This document shows, in pieces, positions 8,538 to 18,367 of a stretch of DNA of 35,028 bases (the stretch's first letter is position 1; each line of letters opens with the position of its first letter). Both the position numbers and the translations under genes were made by a program. Below the pieces are notes generated by a model, which did not search any database, was not told where the DNA came from, and saw only the letters and a program-made list of their open reading frames with translations. The DNA comes from a virus (lineage: Duplodnaviria; Caudoviricetes), in the IMG/VR virus record IMGVR_UViG_3300037791_000051, positions 1-35,028 of that record, one strand, 5' to 3'.

Positions 8538-9424
8538 TAGGCCACCGTTACAGTGATGTTGTCAGCGGAAAGATCGGCAATTTCGATAAAACCGATGGAC
8601 CCGCCAACGATAGCAAGATCATTTGCACGGGCAGCGCTTATGCTCAAAACCTCAACGCCTTGGTGGCGGCTTTCGATGTATTGGCGAACCTTGAAATAAT
8701 TTACATCATCGCCGTTTGAGCGGAACGCTGCCCAATCTTCTGCCAAGCCGTTTGCGATAGCGATAGGTGCAGGCGGTGGGCAGTTCTGCGCATCGTTGAA
8801 AAGCCGCACGCTGATGGAAAGCGTTACCGGCACAACAATGGGTCGGATGATGTTCAAGGATCGGCAAAAGCCGCTCACGACCGTATCCACCATTGCGTTA
8901 CCGAATGTTACAATACCCGGCGCGACATAAGACCGGGCTTCGGCGGCGATTTCATCATCCTCACCACCCATCACGGCGATAGCGATTGCACCGGCTGGCA
9001 GGCCGTTTTCATCCACCTCGTTGTTGCCGTTCACCCACACGCGGGCATAAGTCACGCCTGCAACATTAAGCAGCGCGTTGGTAATGTCCTGCACATCAAC
9101 CCGCGCCTCGCCTTCGTTTGTAATGCGTTGGCGGTAAGCTTGATCGCTGTCAGAAGCGCGCTCAACCAAACGGTAGCGGCCTAGCTGATCGAGGCGAAAG
9201 CCTTCAGCCTGATCAACGTCATACGACTGGTATGTGTTCTGCGCGCGCTCCCATTCTTCGGCAATCGCATCGGCCATCGTGCCGATAAGCTGCCCAGCGG
9301 GGCTTTCAGATGTGGTGATAACTTGCGGGCCAAACTCGGTCACAAAAGCGTTCTGCAATTCGCGCAGAATAACGCCTAAGGGCTTGCGCACAAATCCGGT
9401 TGGCTGAACTCCATATTGGCTCAC
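8537..9424 (-). CDS. Baseplate J/gp47-family wedge protein
   Basis: YGVQPTGFVRKPL, AEGFRLDQLG, ESDxxYR-like SDQAYRQR, VAGVTYARV. Confidence 0.85.
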   Translation of the reverse strand: MSQYGVQPTGFVRKPLGVILRELQNAFVTEFGPQVITTSESPAGQLIGTMADAIAEEWERAQNTYQSYDVDQAEGFRLDQLGRYRLVERASDSDQAYRQRITNEGEARVDVQDITNALLNVAGVTYARVWVNGNNEVDENGLPAGAIAIAVMGGEDDEIAAEARSYVAPGIVTFGNAMVDTVVSGFCRSLNIIRPIVVPVTLSISVRLFNDAQNCPPPAPIAIANGLAEDWAAFRSNGDDVNYFKVRQYIESRHQGVEVLSISAARANDLAIVGGSIGFIEIADLSADNITVTVA

Positions 9425-9798
9425 TGTTCGCCCTCATATTCTGTTGTTATGTCCAGTGTGTCGATCAGGACGCCGCGCGTTGCCCGATCAAAGCGGATGG
9501 AAATCCCGTCGATGCTTTCAACGCCATCGGTATCGAGCACAGCGGCTTTGATAAGAGCCTCTGCCAAGGTTAGATCGGCCTGCTTGCCTAGCACCTGTTC
9601 AAGCCAAGGCACGCCTGCGCCGGTATCTAAAAACCATTCGCCTTGGTGGGTGCGCGCGCGTTGGCGCGCGTGTTGGCCAACCGCTTCAGCGCCGTAGACC
9701 ATGGCCAGATTGCCGGTTTCATCCAGATACAGATCATGCGGGCCATCAACGGAAACACCGCCCTCGATGGGTTTGAGTGCAAAGCCGATGTGCGTCAT
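9421..9798 (-). CDS. Baseplate wedge / sheath initiator (gp25/W-like)
   Basis: GEWFLDTGAGVPW motif. Confidence 0.8.
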   Translation of the reverse strand: MTHIGFALKPIEGGVSVDGPHDLYLDETGNLAMVYGAEAVGQHARQRARTHQGEWFLDTGAGVPWLEQVLGKQADLTLAEALIKAAVLDTDGVESIDGISIRFDRATRGVLIDTLDITTEYEGEQ

Positions 9799-10457
9799 GC
9801 TAGAGACATACCCCGCAACTTGGAAGCAATGTCGGCATAATCCGACTTGAATTGCAGTTGGTGGCCACTGCCTGCGGATGATCCGTATTTGATCACAAGC
9901 GTATCAGCGGCCAGCTTTTCCGCCATGACGGCCATCAGATCGAAGGCATCGCCCATAGCTCCGCGCAATCGAAACTTGCCGTCTTCGCTCATCTCTATGG
10001 CAAACTGCCCATCTTCGCTGCGCAGTTCCATATTTGTGTTGTTAAAGTTCGGGATCGGGTTTGATAACGGTTCGCCGCCGTCTAAAAACGCTTCCATGTC
10101 CGATAAAGAGGCAGAGCGGGCATCGGGAGCCACATAGTCACCGCCGCCGTGGAACGCTTCAGAATTGCGCGATTGCGGCCTTAACGTCACCTTGTCGCCA
10201 GCTTTGACCGGCGTGGTGATAACAAAGCCGCCTTGTCGTGGCATCCTTACCGGCACGTCTTGCAGTTCAGGCAATGGCGTGGGTTCGCCGTTTAGGCGTC
10301 GCTGATAGTCTGGCTGCACGCGGGCGGTTTGGTTAGCGGGATCGAACGAAACAACCGTGCCGGTCATCTCCCCCCATTGGCCTTCCACCTCAGCGCGTGC
10401 CTGCCCGCCGATCACATTGCGCGGATGGTTGGTGGCCTTGCCTGCGTATCCGCCCAT
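9795..10457 (-). CDS. Baseplate spike (Gp138/gpV-like)
   Basis: GTVVSFDP..QTARVQP, LPELQDVPV..PR.GGF.IT.PVK.GD, SLSD. Confidence 0.85.
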   Translation of the reverse strand: MGGYAGKATNHPRNVIGGQARAEVEGQWGEMTGTVVSFDPANQTARVQPDYQRRLNGEPTPLPELQDVPVRMPRQGGFVITTPVKAGDKVTLRPQSRNSEAFHGGGDYVAPDARSASLSDMEAFLDGGEPLSNPIPNFNNTNMELRSEDGQFAIEMSEDGKFRLRGAMGDAFDLMAVMAEKLAADTLVIKYGSSAGSGHQLQFKSDYADIASKLRGMSLA

Positions 10458-11341
10458 CAGACTTCCCCCTCATCAACCTTGCCATCGGATTGAATAGCCT
10501 CACCCGTGCCATCAATGCGAAAATCACCGCTCTTGTTGTCGCCGGTATAGGTTGCTTGGCTTACGCGGTACTGGCTTCCTGCGGCGTTCATTTGCAGCGT
10601 TTTTGAATTGATCTGAACCTTGCGCCCTGGCCTTAGATCGGGCAGCATCATGCAAGAGAATGTGCAGCCGTTATCTGTGATGGACGGCACGTCGATCAAA
10701 CCAGAACCGCTTTCCAGCACAACCGTGCCATCAATAAATCCATCAGCCGGGATGATTTCGTGCACACCGTTTTGCACATTGAAATAGAACCGATGCGAGC
10801 GGCCTAGAATGTCGATTTCGCGGCGTGCATCGCCGTGCACTGACACCGGGCGCGCGCGTATTTCGTCTTGCAATCCTTCAGGCAGAACCCACTCGCCCCG
10901 GCGAATGCCTTGGGCTTCCAGTTCGGCTGCAATATCCTCAAGGATGGTTTCAACCCGCGTGTTGGCGGGCCATGTTTTTGATATGGTTGCGCGCCTAAAT
11001 GCCTTGTCGCCTTCACCAAATTCAATGCGGGTTATAATGTCCGGTTTCTCTATCCGGTGCACCACGTCCCTGATCTGTGCAACAGCGATTAGGCCAACAT
11101 TGGAACCGCCTTCAGGTGGCATGTAACCAACCTCAAGTTCAACGTCCTTGAGTTCCCGCCCTACCGCGTTGCGGTGGCCTTCGTTCAGGTTCCAAATCTC
11201 AACAAAGCCATCATTGGCCGTTGAGGATAGGTCTTTAGCAACGCTGAACGCCACTTTCATCTGATGGCCTTGCAAGCCACCGGGGTTCACCACAAAGCCG
11301 CCAGGAAAGCGCACACGTACCTTGCGCCTGAATAACCTCAC
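10457..11341 (-). CDS. Baseplate hub protein
   Basis: FSVAKD...N...VEIWNL, LEVGY, GLIDVP, LRPG motifs; position. Confidence 0.8.
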   Translation of the reverse strand: MRLFRRKVRVRFPGGFVVNPGGLQGHQMKVAFSVAKDLSSTANDGFVEIWNLNEGHRNAVGRELKDVELEVGYMPPEGGSNVGLIAVAQIRDVVHRIEKPDIITRIEFGEGDKAFRRATISKTWPANTRVETILEDIAAELEAQGIRRGEWVLPEGLQDEIRARPVSVHGDARREIDILGRSHRFYFNVQNGVHEIIPADGFIDGTVVLESGSGLIDVPSITDNGCTFSCMMLPDLRPGRKVQINSKTLQMNAAGSQYRVSQATYTGDNKSGDFRIDGTGEAIQSDGKVDEGEV

Positions 11342-11646
11342 GCCAGTTCTTCCGGCTCAACATGGATAAGCTGCACCGCGCCACTTACAACGCTTTCATA
11401 ATCAGCAACCGCACCGGGCTTATCGGAGTGGAACAACAGCGCACCCATGCCCAGCCCATGCGCGGCCAGCACATCAGTGCCCAGCGGCATCCGCTTACCG
11501 GTTAGGACAGGAGCACCATCGCGCGATAGATCAAGGTTCCACCGCTCTGTGGTGACGTTGTACCAAAGCCGCAAGGTGACGCGCTGCGCCCCCATAATAA
11601 GCGACACAGCTTGATCATAGGCAGCGACAACCGGGATGATCTGCAT
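11338..11646 (-). CDS. Small baseplate protein
   Basis: LRLWYN...RWNLDL..G.PVLTG; conserved position before hub. Confidence 0.7.
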   Translation of the reverse strand: MQIIPVVAAYDQAVSLIMGAQRVTLRLWYNVTTERWNLDLSRDGAPVLTGKRMPLGTDVLAAHGLGMGALLFHSDKPGAVADYESVVSGAVQLIHVEPEELA

Positions 11647-12227
11647 TAGTTCAAAAGCCTCGAAAGCACTGACTGGCGCGCGGGGCTGGCAGGCTCAACC
11701 GGCACCGTCACGGCATCGCCGCGCGATGTGGTGGACGCCGCCCGCGCTTGTGTCTGTGTGCCGGTTGTGGTGGTGGGTGAAGGCGTGCGCGCCGCGTTCG
11801 GATTATCTGCAACAGTGCCAGCGGTTGCCGATGTTCGGGTTGTCCCACCGGTGTCAGCAACAACAGCCGTTTCAGCGATTAGCACTTCCTGTAGATCAAT
11901 ATTACCGTTGAAAATGCCCGAATGTGTTTCATCGCGTTCAGCCGCCACAAGAGACATGAGCATGTTGGTGTAGACCTTGAGGCCCGTGACGATGGTAAAC
12001 GGCTCACGGCGTCCCTGAAAGCGCTCAAGAGCGGCCCATGTTTCCGCCGCCGCACCATCGGCAATCTCTAGCGATAGCTTGCACGGCTCAACATAGGCGT
12101 GGTCCGTCATATCCGCGCCGACCTCAACCGGCACTTGGGTGATGGTCAAAGTAGCTTCGTGCTTTTCCCGAATAACAACATCAATGGGAACGGGGCCAAT
12201 GGAGCCGGAAAAGGCGATAGTGGTCAT
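11646..12227 (-). CDS. Dit-like tail tube initiator
   Basis: EKH..TLTITQVPVEVGA.MTDHA, PFTIVTGLKVY.NM; follows tape measure. Confidence 0.8.
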   Translation of the reverse strand: MTTIAFSGSIGPVPIDVVIREKHEATLTITQVPVEVGADMTDHAYVEPCKLSLEIADGAAAETWAALERFQGRREPFTIVTGLKVYTNMLMSLVAAERDETHSGIFNGNIDLQEVLIAETAVVADTGGTTRTSATAGTVADNPNAARTPSPTTTTGTQTQARAASTTSRGDAVTVPVEPASPARQSVLSRLLN

Positions 12228-14005
12228 TGTGGACCGTTCCCGCTTGTTGTGGGTGTTGCAGCAATACGTGCGCGCTGTGCCGTCACTGCATTAGCAGCGG
12301 CATTGCCAACTGCTTGGGCAGTCGCGCCAGGTGCGCTGGCTGGTTGCGTTACAGTCTGGTTAACCGTGACAGACGTTTCCATTGGGAATGTGCGTTGATC
12401 CTGAGATACGCGCGCATCTGTTATCGTGGCATCAACAGCAGCTTGGGGTGCCAAGCGGGCCATGTTGCCGCTTAGGTTTTGCATCATCTGTTGCAGTTCA
12501 AGGATGCCCGTCGATCGCGGTTGCTGGGCATCGCTAAAGCCCGATGAAATACGATCCTGCGTGCCGTTGTTTCCGCTGAACCTGCGCCGAATAGCGCCAA
12601 CCGCGCCAAACCCAATATCATCAACATTGAAATCAACGCCAAGGTCGCGGATGCCATCAAGAATGTTGCCACTAGAAAAGCTGTTAATGGCATCGGATAG
12701 GCTGCGTATCGCATTCGCCAGATCGTTTACGAAGTCCACCAGCGCCTGCTGTATAAAGGCATCTGGGTCGCTTAGAATGCCCCAATCAATGTTTAGGTCT
12801 AAGCTATCCAGAGCACCGCGCAGACTGCCTAGAGCGCTTTCAAACTCACCCATAGCGCTGCGCAAGTTTTCAAGAGCCTGCAAGCCCGCTTCAGTGGAGC
12901 CAATAACGCTATCATCGCCGCGCAAGCCCGACATAATGTCTTCCACGGCGATAGCAGCGGCAACAATCGGGAAGCGCGCGGCAAGCCACTTGATCGCAGA
13001 CCGGCCTGCCATTGTGGTAGCAGCGCCGCCCGCCATTATGCCTAGGGCAGCCTGTGCCTTTGAAAGCCCGGTTAATGACGCCGTTGCACTTACAACAGCA
13101 TCAGCAACGCCGTAAAAGGCGCGACCAAAGTCCCAAACCAAGCCCGCGCCGGTAGCAATCCCATTCAGCAAGCCTGCGATGGCATTGCCTGCAATCTCTA
13201 ATCCGCGCTCAACGCGCCCGCTCGCCTCAAGGTCACGCCAAAAATCAAGCGTGCGGTCGTACCAATCGGTAAAGATCGGCAAGACATAAAGCGCGATACG
13301 CTGGCGTAAGTTTTCAGATACTCGTCTGATCTTGTCGGCGGCGTCTACAAAGCGCGTTCCAATATCAAGATCATCATCAGACATGACCAGCCCAAGGTCA
13401 CGGAACGATTGACGCATTCCGTCAATGCCTTCCGAACCCTCACGCAGCATGTTGACCATTGCCGCGCCTTCACTGTCGAACATCTTAAACGCAATGCGCA
13501 GCGCCTCTTGTTCGCTTTCCGCATTTTGAACAGCGTCGGCAAAGTCGCCCAAAAGGCTTTCACTTGAGCGCAAAGAACCATCACTGTTGCGCAGTTCAAT
13601 GCCAAGCTCTTCGATGATGCCCTTAAGTTCGCCGCTGTCGTTCGCGGCCTCACCAATGCGCCTAGAAAAGCGCTGCATGGCCATATCAACCTGGCCCTCA
13701 GCAACGCCCGCCATTTGCGCGGCTGAAAAGCGAAGCTCTTGTAAAGCCTCAACACCAACACCCACGCGATCAGCGGCCTTGTTGAGCTGGTCCAGGTCGG
13801 CGGCGATGGGTGCCACAAAGCGCTGCAACCCGTTAACAATGGCTGTGGATGCAATGGTTACAGCAGAGCCGATGGCCATAAACCTAGTCGCAAAGCTGCG
13901 CGCGGATCGTTCAGCACCGGCAAGCGAACGCTCATAACGGTTGAGGTTCTGTTGCCCGCGTATCTCAAAGCCTAGGCGCGTGACCAGTTCGTCAATGATT
14001 GCCAA
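12224..14005 (-). CDS. Tape measure protein
   Basis: IIDELVTRLGF N-terminus, Ala/Gly-rich helical 593 aa, TTG start after GGAG. Confidence 0.9.
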   Translation of the reverse strand: MAIIDELVTRLGFEIRGQQNLNRYERSLAGAERSARSFATRFMAIGSAVTIASTAIVNGLQRFVAPIAADLDQLNKAADRVGVGVEALQELRFSAAQMAGVAEGQVDMAMQRFSRRIGEAANDSGELKGIIEELGIELRNSDGSLRSSESLLGDFADAVQNAESEQEALRIAFKMFDSEGAAMVNMLREGSEGIDGMRQSFRDLGLVMSDDDLDIGTRFVDAADKIRRVSENLRQRIALYVLPIFTDWYDRTLDFWRDLEASGRVERGLEIAGNAIAGLLNGIATGAGLVWDFGRAFYGVADAVVSATASLTGLSKAQAALGIMAGGAATTMAGRSAIKWLAARFPIVAAAIAVEDIMSGLRGDDSVIGSTEAGLQALENLRSAMGEFESALGSLRGALDSLDLNIDWGILSDPDAFIQQALVDFVNDLANAIRSLSDAINSFSSGNILDGIRDLGVDFNVDDIGFGAVGAIRRRFSGNNGTQDRISSGFSDAQQPRSTGILELQQMMQNLSGNMARLAPQAAVDATITDARVSQDQRTFPMETSVTVNQTVTQPASAPGATAQAVGNAAANAVTAQRARIAATPTTSGNGPQ

Positions 14006-14063
14006 ATTGCAACTCCTGTATTTATGCGCTTAGATGCCGCTTAATGAAAGCGAGGCGTTGCCA

Positions 14064-14465
14064 ATGGAATTGGTTATCTTTTACTGGCTAACCGTGGCGG
14101 TTTTCACCGCGATGATAGCCCGATCTAAAAACCGCGACGGTTTTGGCTGGTTTATTCTGGGCTTCTTGTTCAATCTTCTGGCGCTTTTTGCGGTTGGCTT
14201 AATGCCAAAAATAGAACCGCGCGGCCAGCGTGGCGAGCATCGAAACTATGACGAAAAAACATGCCCAGCATGTGCTGAAACAGTAAAGCTAGAAGCCACT
14301 GTTTGCCGGTATTGCAGCCACCAATTCGACCTGGATGCCGACCGCAATGCCGCCGTGCAAGCCATGGCCGTAGATGATAAAGCAAGCAGGAAACGCAGCT
14401 TGATTGTTGTCACATCAGCGCTTGGCGTTTTGGTTCTTTTAGGTGTTGCTTCAGGGTTTTCATGA
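14064..14465 (+). CDS. Antisense accessory membrane protein with zinc ribbon (moron)
   Basis: Two N-terminal TMs (IARSKNRDGFGWFILGFLF), CPAC..CRYC, C-terminal TM; GAGG before ATG 14064. Confidence 0.8.
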   Translation: MELVIFYWLTVAVFTAMIARSKNRDGFGWFILGFLFNLLALFAVGLMPKIEPRGQRGEHRNYDEKTCPACAETVKLEATVCRYCSHQFDLDADRNAAVQAMAVDDKASRKRSLIVVTSALGVLVLLGVASGFS

Positions 14466-14475
14466 CTTTGAGCGT

Positions 14476-15071
14476 TTAGCCCCTAGCCCGCTCTTGCATG
14501 GCTGCCTTTAGGTCTAGCGCCTCATGCATATCCAATAGCTGTGGAAGGGTGATAACTTCCAAGTCCATTGCGCTGCACATAGGCGGATCGCAAAGCACCG
14601 GACGCCAAAGCATTAAGTTCAGATTAGGCGCGATGCGCTTTATCTCTGTTTCGCTTAGTGTGCCGTCTTGGCTGCTTTGCCAGCCGCCAGAAGCTCTGGA
14701 AAAAAATCCCCGAACTGTTCCTTCAGCACGAAAGCCGCAACCTTAACGGCGTCACCCATGCGGCCTGAAAAATGACCATCAAAGCTGACCGGAACGCTTT
14801 TTCCGTTTTCGTTGATTTCGGCAAGTTCCACAATTTCTTCAAGGAAGTCTGCAAAGGCTTCAGGCTCAACATCGCTTAGGATGCTGGATAGAGCTTTTGC
14901 AGCGGCCTCATTGGAAGCTGCTTCATCGTCTGTGCGGTTGGCGATAGCTGCCACAAGGCTGGGCAAACCCGGCCCTAGCAGCTTACCAATGCGCGCAAAC
15001 AGGATAAGCGAACGTTTGGCGGGCAACTGATCAACGCGATACGTCGCGCCGCCTATTTTCCGTTCTGCCAT
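14476..15071 (-). CDS. Frameshift-extended tail assembly chaperone (gpGT-like), about 198 aa
   Basis: -1 frame is open from slippery GAT TTT TTT (14700-14706) to TAA at 14476, encoding LWRPV...LLDMHEALD. Confidence 0.7.
14655..15071 (-). CDS. Tail assembly chaperone
   Basis: Between tube and tape measure; ends in FGDFF-type motif. Confidence 0.8.
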   Translation of the reverse strand: MAERKIGGATYRVDQLPAKRSLILFARIGKLLGPGLPSLVAAIANRTDDEAASNEAAAKALSSILSDVEPEAFADFLEEIVELAEINENGKSVPVSFDGHFSGRMGDAVKVAAFVLKEQFGDFFPELLAAGKAAKTAH

Positions 15072-15074
15072 GCT

Positions 15075-15512
15075 TTAGAACTCCCGTGGGATTGTGCGTT
15101 GCCAATCGCCGGTTACAAGCACCCAGTCGCGGGAAACGGCAGCGCCGCCCTTTTGATCGGATGGGGCTTGCATGATGTAAGCAGCATCGGTAGCGCCGCC
15201 CTCGTTTGACCGGCTATCGCGCACTGACAACGCCACGCCGTCAAGCGCACCGCCGCGCTGGCGAGCAAGCAACTGTGTCAGATAGCGATGCATTGGCGAG
15301 GTGTGTTGCAGTTTGAGCGTCACACGCGCCGAGCGGTTGGCAGATTGTGAAAAGATGGAAGAACCGTCGGCACCGACAAGCATTGCGCCAATGTCCGCGC
15401 CTTCCTCTACCATAACGGCGTCATCGCCTTCAAAAAAGCCGTAGACTTCCGCCCCGGCAACAGTAACAGCAACCTCTTCAAAGGAATAAGCCGTGGTTGT
15501 ACGTTTAGCCAT
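15075..15512 (-). CDS. Tail tube protein (DUF3277-like)
   Basis: AYSFEEV, VGADG, VTLKLQHTSP, final REW-like RDW; follows sheath. Confidence 0.85.
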   Translation of the reverse strand: MAKRTTTAYSFEEVAVTVAGAEVYGFFEGDDAVMVEEGADIGAMLVGADGSSIFSQSANRSARVTLKLQHTSPMHRYLTQLLARQRGGALDGVALSVRDSRSNEGGATDAAYIMQAPSDQKGGAAVSRDWVLVTGDWQRTIPREF

Positions 15513-15524
15513 TTATCGGCCCTC

Positions 15525-16661
15525 CTAGTAAGACTGGTTCAAATTGACAGTGACGTAATGCACGGCACCGGCTGAACGGAAGAACACCTCGATTGCGGGT
15601 GCAATACGGTTCTTGCGCTGCGCTTCGGTGATGGTGAAAACGTCAGGGATGGTGACGGTATAGGCCGGGGCAAGATCGCCCTGTTCGTCCGTATCTTCGG
15701 CAATCAGGCCAGAACGGAACGCCTTGGCAAGCACTTCCTCAGCGCCTTGCGCCAAAGCCGCCATGCCGCGCTGATCCATCGGAACGCGCTTTGCATTGGT
15801 GAGAATGCCCAGCATCTTTTCTTCCATGCGGGCAATCAGCCAGTCACCAAAATGCACATCATCAATGAACAGGTTGGGCGTGAGTGTGGAACCCTCCACC
15901 ACCATGCCAAGGTCTTTCATCTTGACGTAGCAGTTGGCGCAGTTGCCGGTTGTGGTGTCTTGGCCAATGCCAGGAACAAAGCCGGTGATAGCCTGCACAA
16001 CGGTTGAGGTTTTTGACAGGAACTCTTCGCCGTTTAGCCGCTTGTATTTGGCGGTATAGGCTGAGCCGCTTTCGTCAAAGTCGAACGTGCCCAGCTTGGA
16101 TGCCAGAGAAAAGCCGCCATAGCTGTTTGCATCGGTGCTGTAGAACACAGCCGTGCGCTCAACCTCGCCCTTGTTCGCAGCGGCAACGGTTGCAGTGTCG
16201 GCGGCGTCTTCTGTGTCAGCAGCGTTTGACGTGATCAGCGCAATTTTGCGGCGGCTTTCGCACCAGTCCACAAGCTCTTGAATGTAAGAGCCATCGCGCA
16301 GCGTCTTGTCAACGTCGATCCAGTACCATCCGCTGTCGGCGTCCTCGATGGCGTTAAGCTCATCTGTTAGATCACCAGCACCGGTCGGCGCTGTGGCAAA
16401 GCCGATCTTGATCTGCAACGGCTGTGGGCGTTGTGAGAATGCCGCGTTGGCCGCTTTATAAGCCTCGGTGGTAGCTGCAAAGTCGGCTGCAACCTCATCC
16501 ATGGACGCATAGGTTTTGGTTCGGTTGGATGCGTCCAGCGTGCCAGATACGGCAACGGTGGTCACAAACAGCGGAACGCCAAAGCCTGCGATCTGCGGGA
16601 AGCGGTTGCGGTATAGGTTAACCGATACCGTTCTTGATACGGGTACTTGGGTGACGGCCAT
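15525..16661 (-). CDS. Tail sheath protein (DUF3383-like)
   Basis: VAADF...TEAYKAA..AFSQ.PQP, FIDDVHFGDWL, AGAVHYV. Confidence 0.9.
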   Translation of the reverse strand: MAVTQVPVSRTVSVNLYRNRFPQIAGFGVPLFVTTVAVSGTLDASNRTKTYASMDEVAADFAATTEAYKAANAAFSQRPQPLQIKIGFATAPTGAGDLTDELNAIEDADSGWYWIDVDKTLRDGSYIQELVDWCESRRKIALITSNAADTEDAADTATVAAANKGEVERTAVFYSTDANSYGGFSLASKLGTFDFDESGSAYTAKYKRLNGEEFLSKTSTVVQAITGFVPGIGQDTTTGNCANCYVKMKDLGMVVEGSTLTPNLFIDDVHFGDWLIARMEEKMLGILTNAKRVPMDQRGMAALAQGAEEVLAKAFRSGLIAEDTDEQGDLAPAYTVTIPDVFTITEAQRKNRIAPAIEVFFRSAGAVHYVTVNLNQSY

Positions 16662-16715
16662 TAGGCGTCTCCTTTCGAGTTTTCAGCGATGTTGGGGTGC
16701 GCGATAGCCGCGCGG

Positions 16716-17222
16716 TTAGTCGCCGTATTTTGGCGTCACAACCGGATCGGTTCGGGTTTCGATCAAGTCGATTGGGGTGTCGTGGTGCACAACAGCACGC
16801 AACGTAATATCCACATTGGCGCGGTCTTCGTAATGGTTGTCGATAATCTCAGGCAAGAACCGGATGCCGGACATGCCTTCTATGGAATAGGGCAAAAGCC
16901 CTTGGCGTGCGGTTGGCACATAGCGCGCTGCATTCAACGCGGTGAACACGTCTTGAGCGCCATCGCCAAACACATCGAACTGCCAGACCAATTCCCATTC
17001 GGTGCCGGGTTCTTCGCGCGCTTCAGAAGCAACGCCAGCAGGCTCATCATCGTAAAGCGTGCGTTGCTCTGGGCGGTTGGTAGATCGCGCACTGGTAAGG
17101 TGCAGCGTGCCGTAAGGCAGTGATGGGCGATTGCCGGGGCCGAACCCTAAAATAACCTCTGGCAAGGCTGTGTGCGCCAGTATGAAGGTGCGCAGCGGTC
17201 CAAAGCTGTCAGGTGCCGCCAT
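16716..17222 (-). CDS. Tail terminator / neck protein
   Basis: RPSLPY, YEDRANVD motifs; position before sheath; start 17222 or 17228. Confidence 0.7.
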   Translation of the reverse strand: MAAPDSFGPLRTFILAHTALPEVILGFGPGNRPSLPYGTLHLTSARSTNRPEQRTLYDDEPAGVASEAREEPGTEWELVWQFDVFGDGAQDVFTALNAARYVPTARQGLLPYSIEGMSGIRFLPEIIDNHYEDRANVDITLRAVVHHDTPIDLIETRTDPVVTPKYGD

Positions 17223-17535
17223 CTTCATCCCCTGCAATCGCGCGGTAATGATCTGGCCACCGCTCAACAGCGATCAAAACGCAATCGGTGCCATGGATCT
17301 GCAACGTATCCTTTACGCGCAGTTCAATGGTGGACCATACGCGCCACTTGCCGGTTTCGCGGATGCCTTCAGGTAGCAAGGCCCGCTCATTACCACCTAG
17401 CGGCTGGATAACAGCAAAAGCGCCGATCTGTGTTTCTGCACCTGCCTGCCAGATGCCGTTAACATAGCCACCAGCCGCCTTGCGCTTAATCGTGATCGGT
17501 TTAGCGCGGCGTGTGATAGCGTCATGGGCTGGCAT
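17209..17535 (-). CDS. Head closure / head-tail joining protein
   Basis: GGYVNGIW, VIQP...E..LLPEG.R. Confidence 0.75.
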   Translation of the reverse strand: MPAHDAITRRAKPITIKRKAAGGYVNGIWQAGAETQIGAFAVIQPLGGNERALLPEGIRETGKWRVWSTIELRVKDTLQIHGTDCVLIAVERWPDHYRAIAGDEDGGT

Positions 17536-17978
17536 TAGCGGTCAACTTCCCACGTAACCGACGCGCGCATTCTGCCACTATCAATTAGCGGGTTTGAGCT
17601 GCCCTTCTGGGCGATTGTGGATGGCGAGTTAGGCGGTGTGCGCAGTGCGGTTATCTCTTGCTGAATGTCGCCTTGCGCTAAAGCGCCCAGACGGTTCAAA
17701 ACAACGGGCAAGGCTGTGTTGCCCATCAAAAGCTGGCGCGCTGATTGCATCATCATGCGGCGGTACTTGCCTTGATTGTTGCGCATGGCGTTAGCCATAA
17801 AGGGCCGGGGTGGAATGCCGCGCGCCGTCCCAAAGTGGTTCCACACGCCTATCTTGATCACGTCGCCGGGTGCTTTACCCGAAGGCAGACCAACCTTAAC
17901 TTGCTTGGGGCCGCGTAGATTGCGGATCATCCCATCAAGGCGGGCTGGTGAGCGGCGGAGTACCGATGCGGTGAACAT
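17535..17978 (-). CDS. Virion morphogenesis / neck protein
   Basis: FGT..IPPRPF, PPNSPSTIAQKGSSNPLIDSG.M. Confidence 0.8.
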   Translation of the reverse strand: MFTASVLRRSPARLDGMIRNLRGPKQVKVGLPSGKAPGDVIKIGVWNHFGTARGIPPRPFMANAMRNNQGKYRRMMMQSARQLLMGNTALPVVLNRLGALAQGDIQQEITALRTPPNSPSTIAQKGSSNPLIDSGRMRASVTWEVDR

Positions 17979-18193
17979 CAGGCTTTGGCTTTTGTCTCTG
18001 GTTTAGGTGCAGGCTTTGCAGGTGCAGCCTTAGGCGTTTTTACCTTGATTGCCTTGGTAGCCAAAGCACGCGCACCGGCAACCGATGCCTTGAACACGCG
18101 CCACTGGCGCTCGGTAATTTTCACAGATGCTTCAGGGCTGCAAACAGTGCCATGAATATCAATCGGCGTTGCGCTTGTGTTGGTTACAATCAT
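17978..18193 (-). CDS. Hypothetical virion-module protein
   Basis: Translationally coupled on both sides; AAGAGG RBS. Confidence 0.7.
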   Translation of the reverse strand: MIVTNTSATPIDIHGTVCSPEASVKITERQWRVFKASVAGARALATKAIKVKTPKAAPAKPAPKPETKAKA

Positions 18194-18357
18194 AATTGCC
18201 TCTTAGATTGGATGCGGTTTTTGCCGCGATTACGCCATGCCCGCCCTGCGTCCTCGCGGGCGCTGGTCAGCACGAATTGCACTTCGCGTTTTGCTGTCTT
18301 AGGGTTGTGGACTGCGCGCGCTATTGCGGCCCTGCGCTCTTTGCAACGGCAAGCCAT
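18190..18357 (-). CDS. Small basic protein, 55 aa (MACRCKERR...)
   Basis: AAGG before ATG 18357; ATGA overlap with next gene. Confidence 0.55.
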   Translation of the reverse strand: MACRCKERRAAIARAVHNPKTAKREVQFVLTSAREDAGRAWRNRGKNRIQSKRQL

Positions 18358-18367
18358 GGGCAACCTT

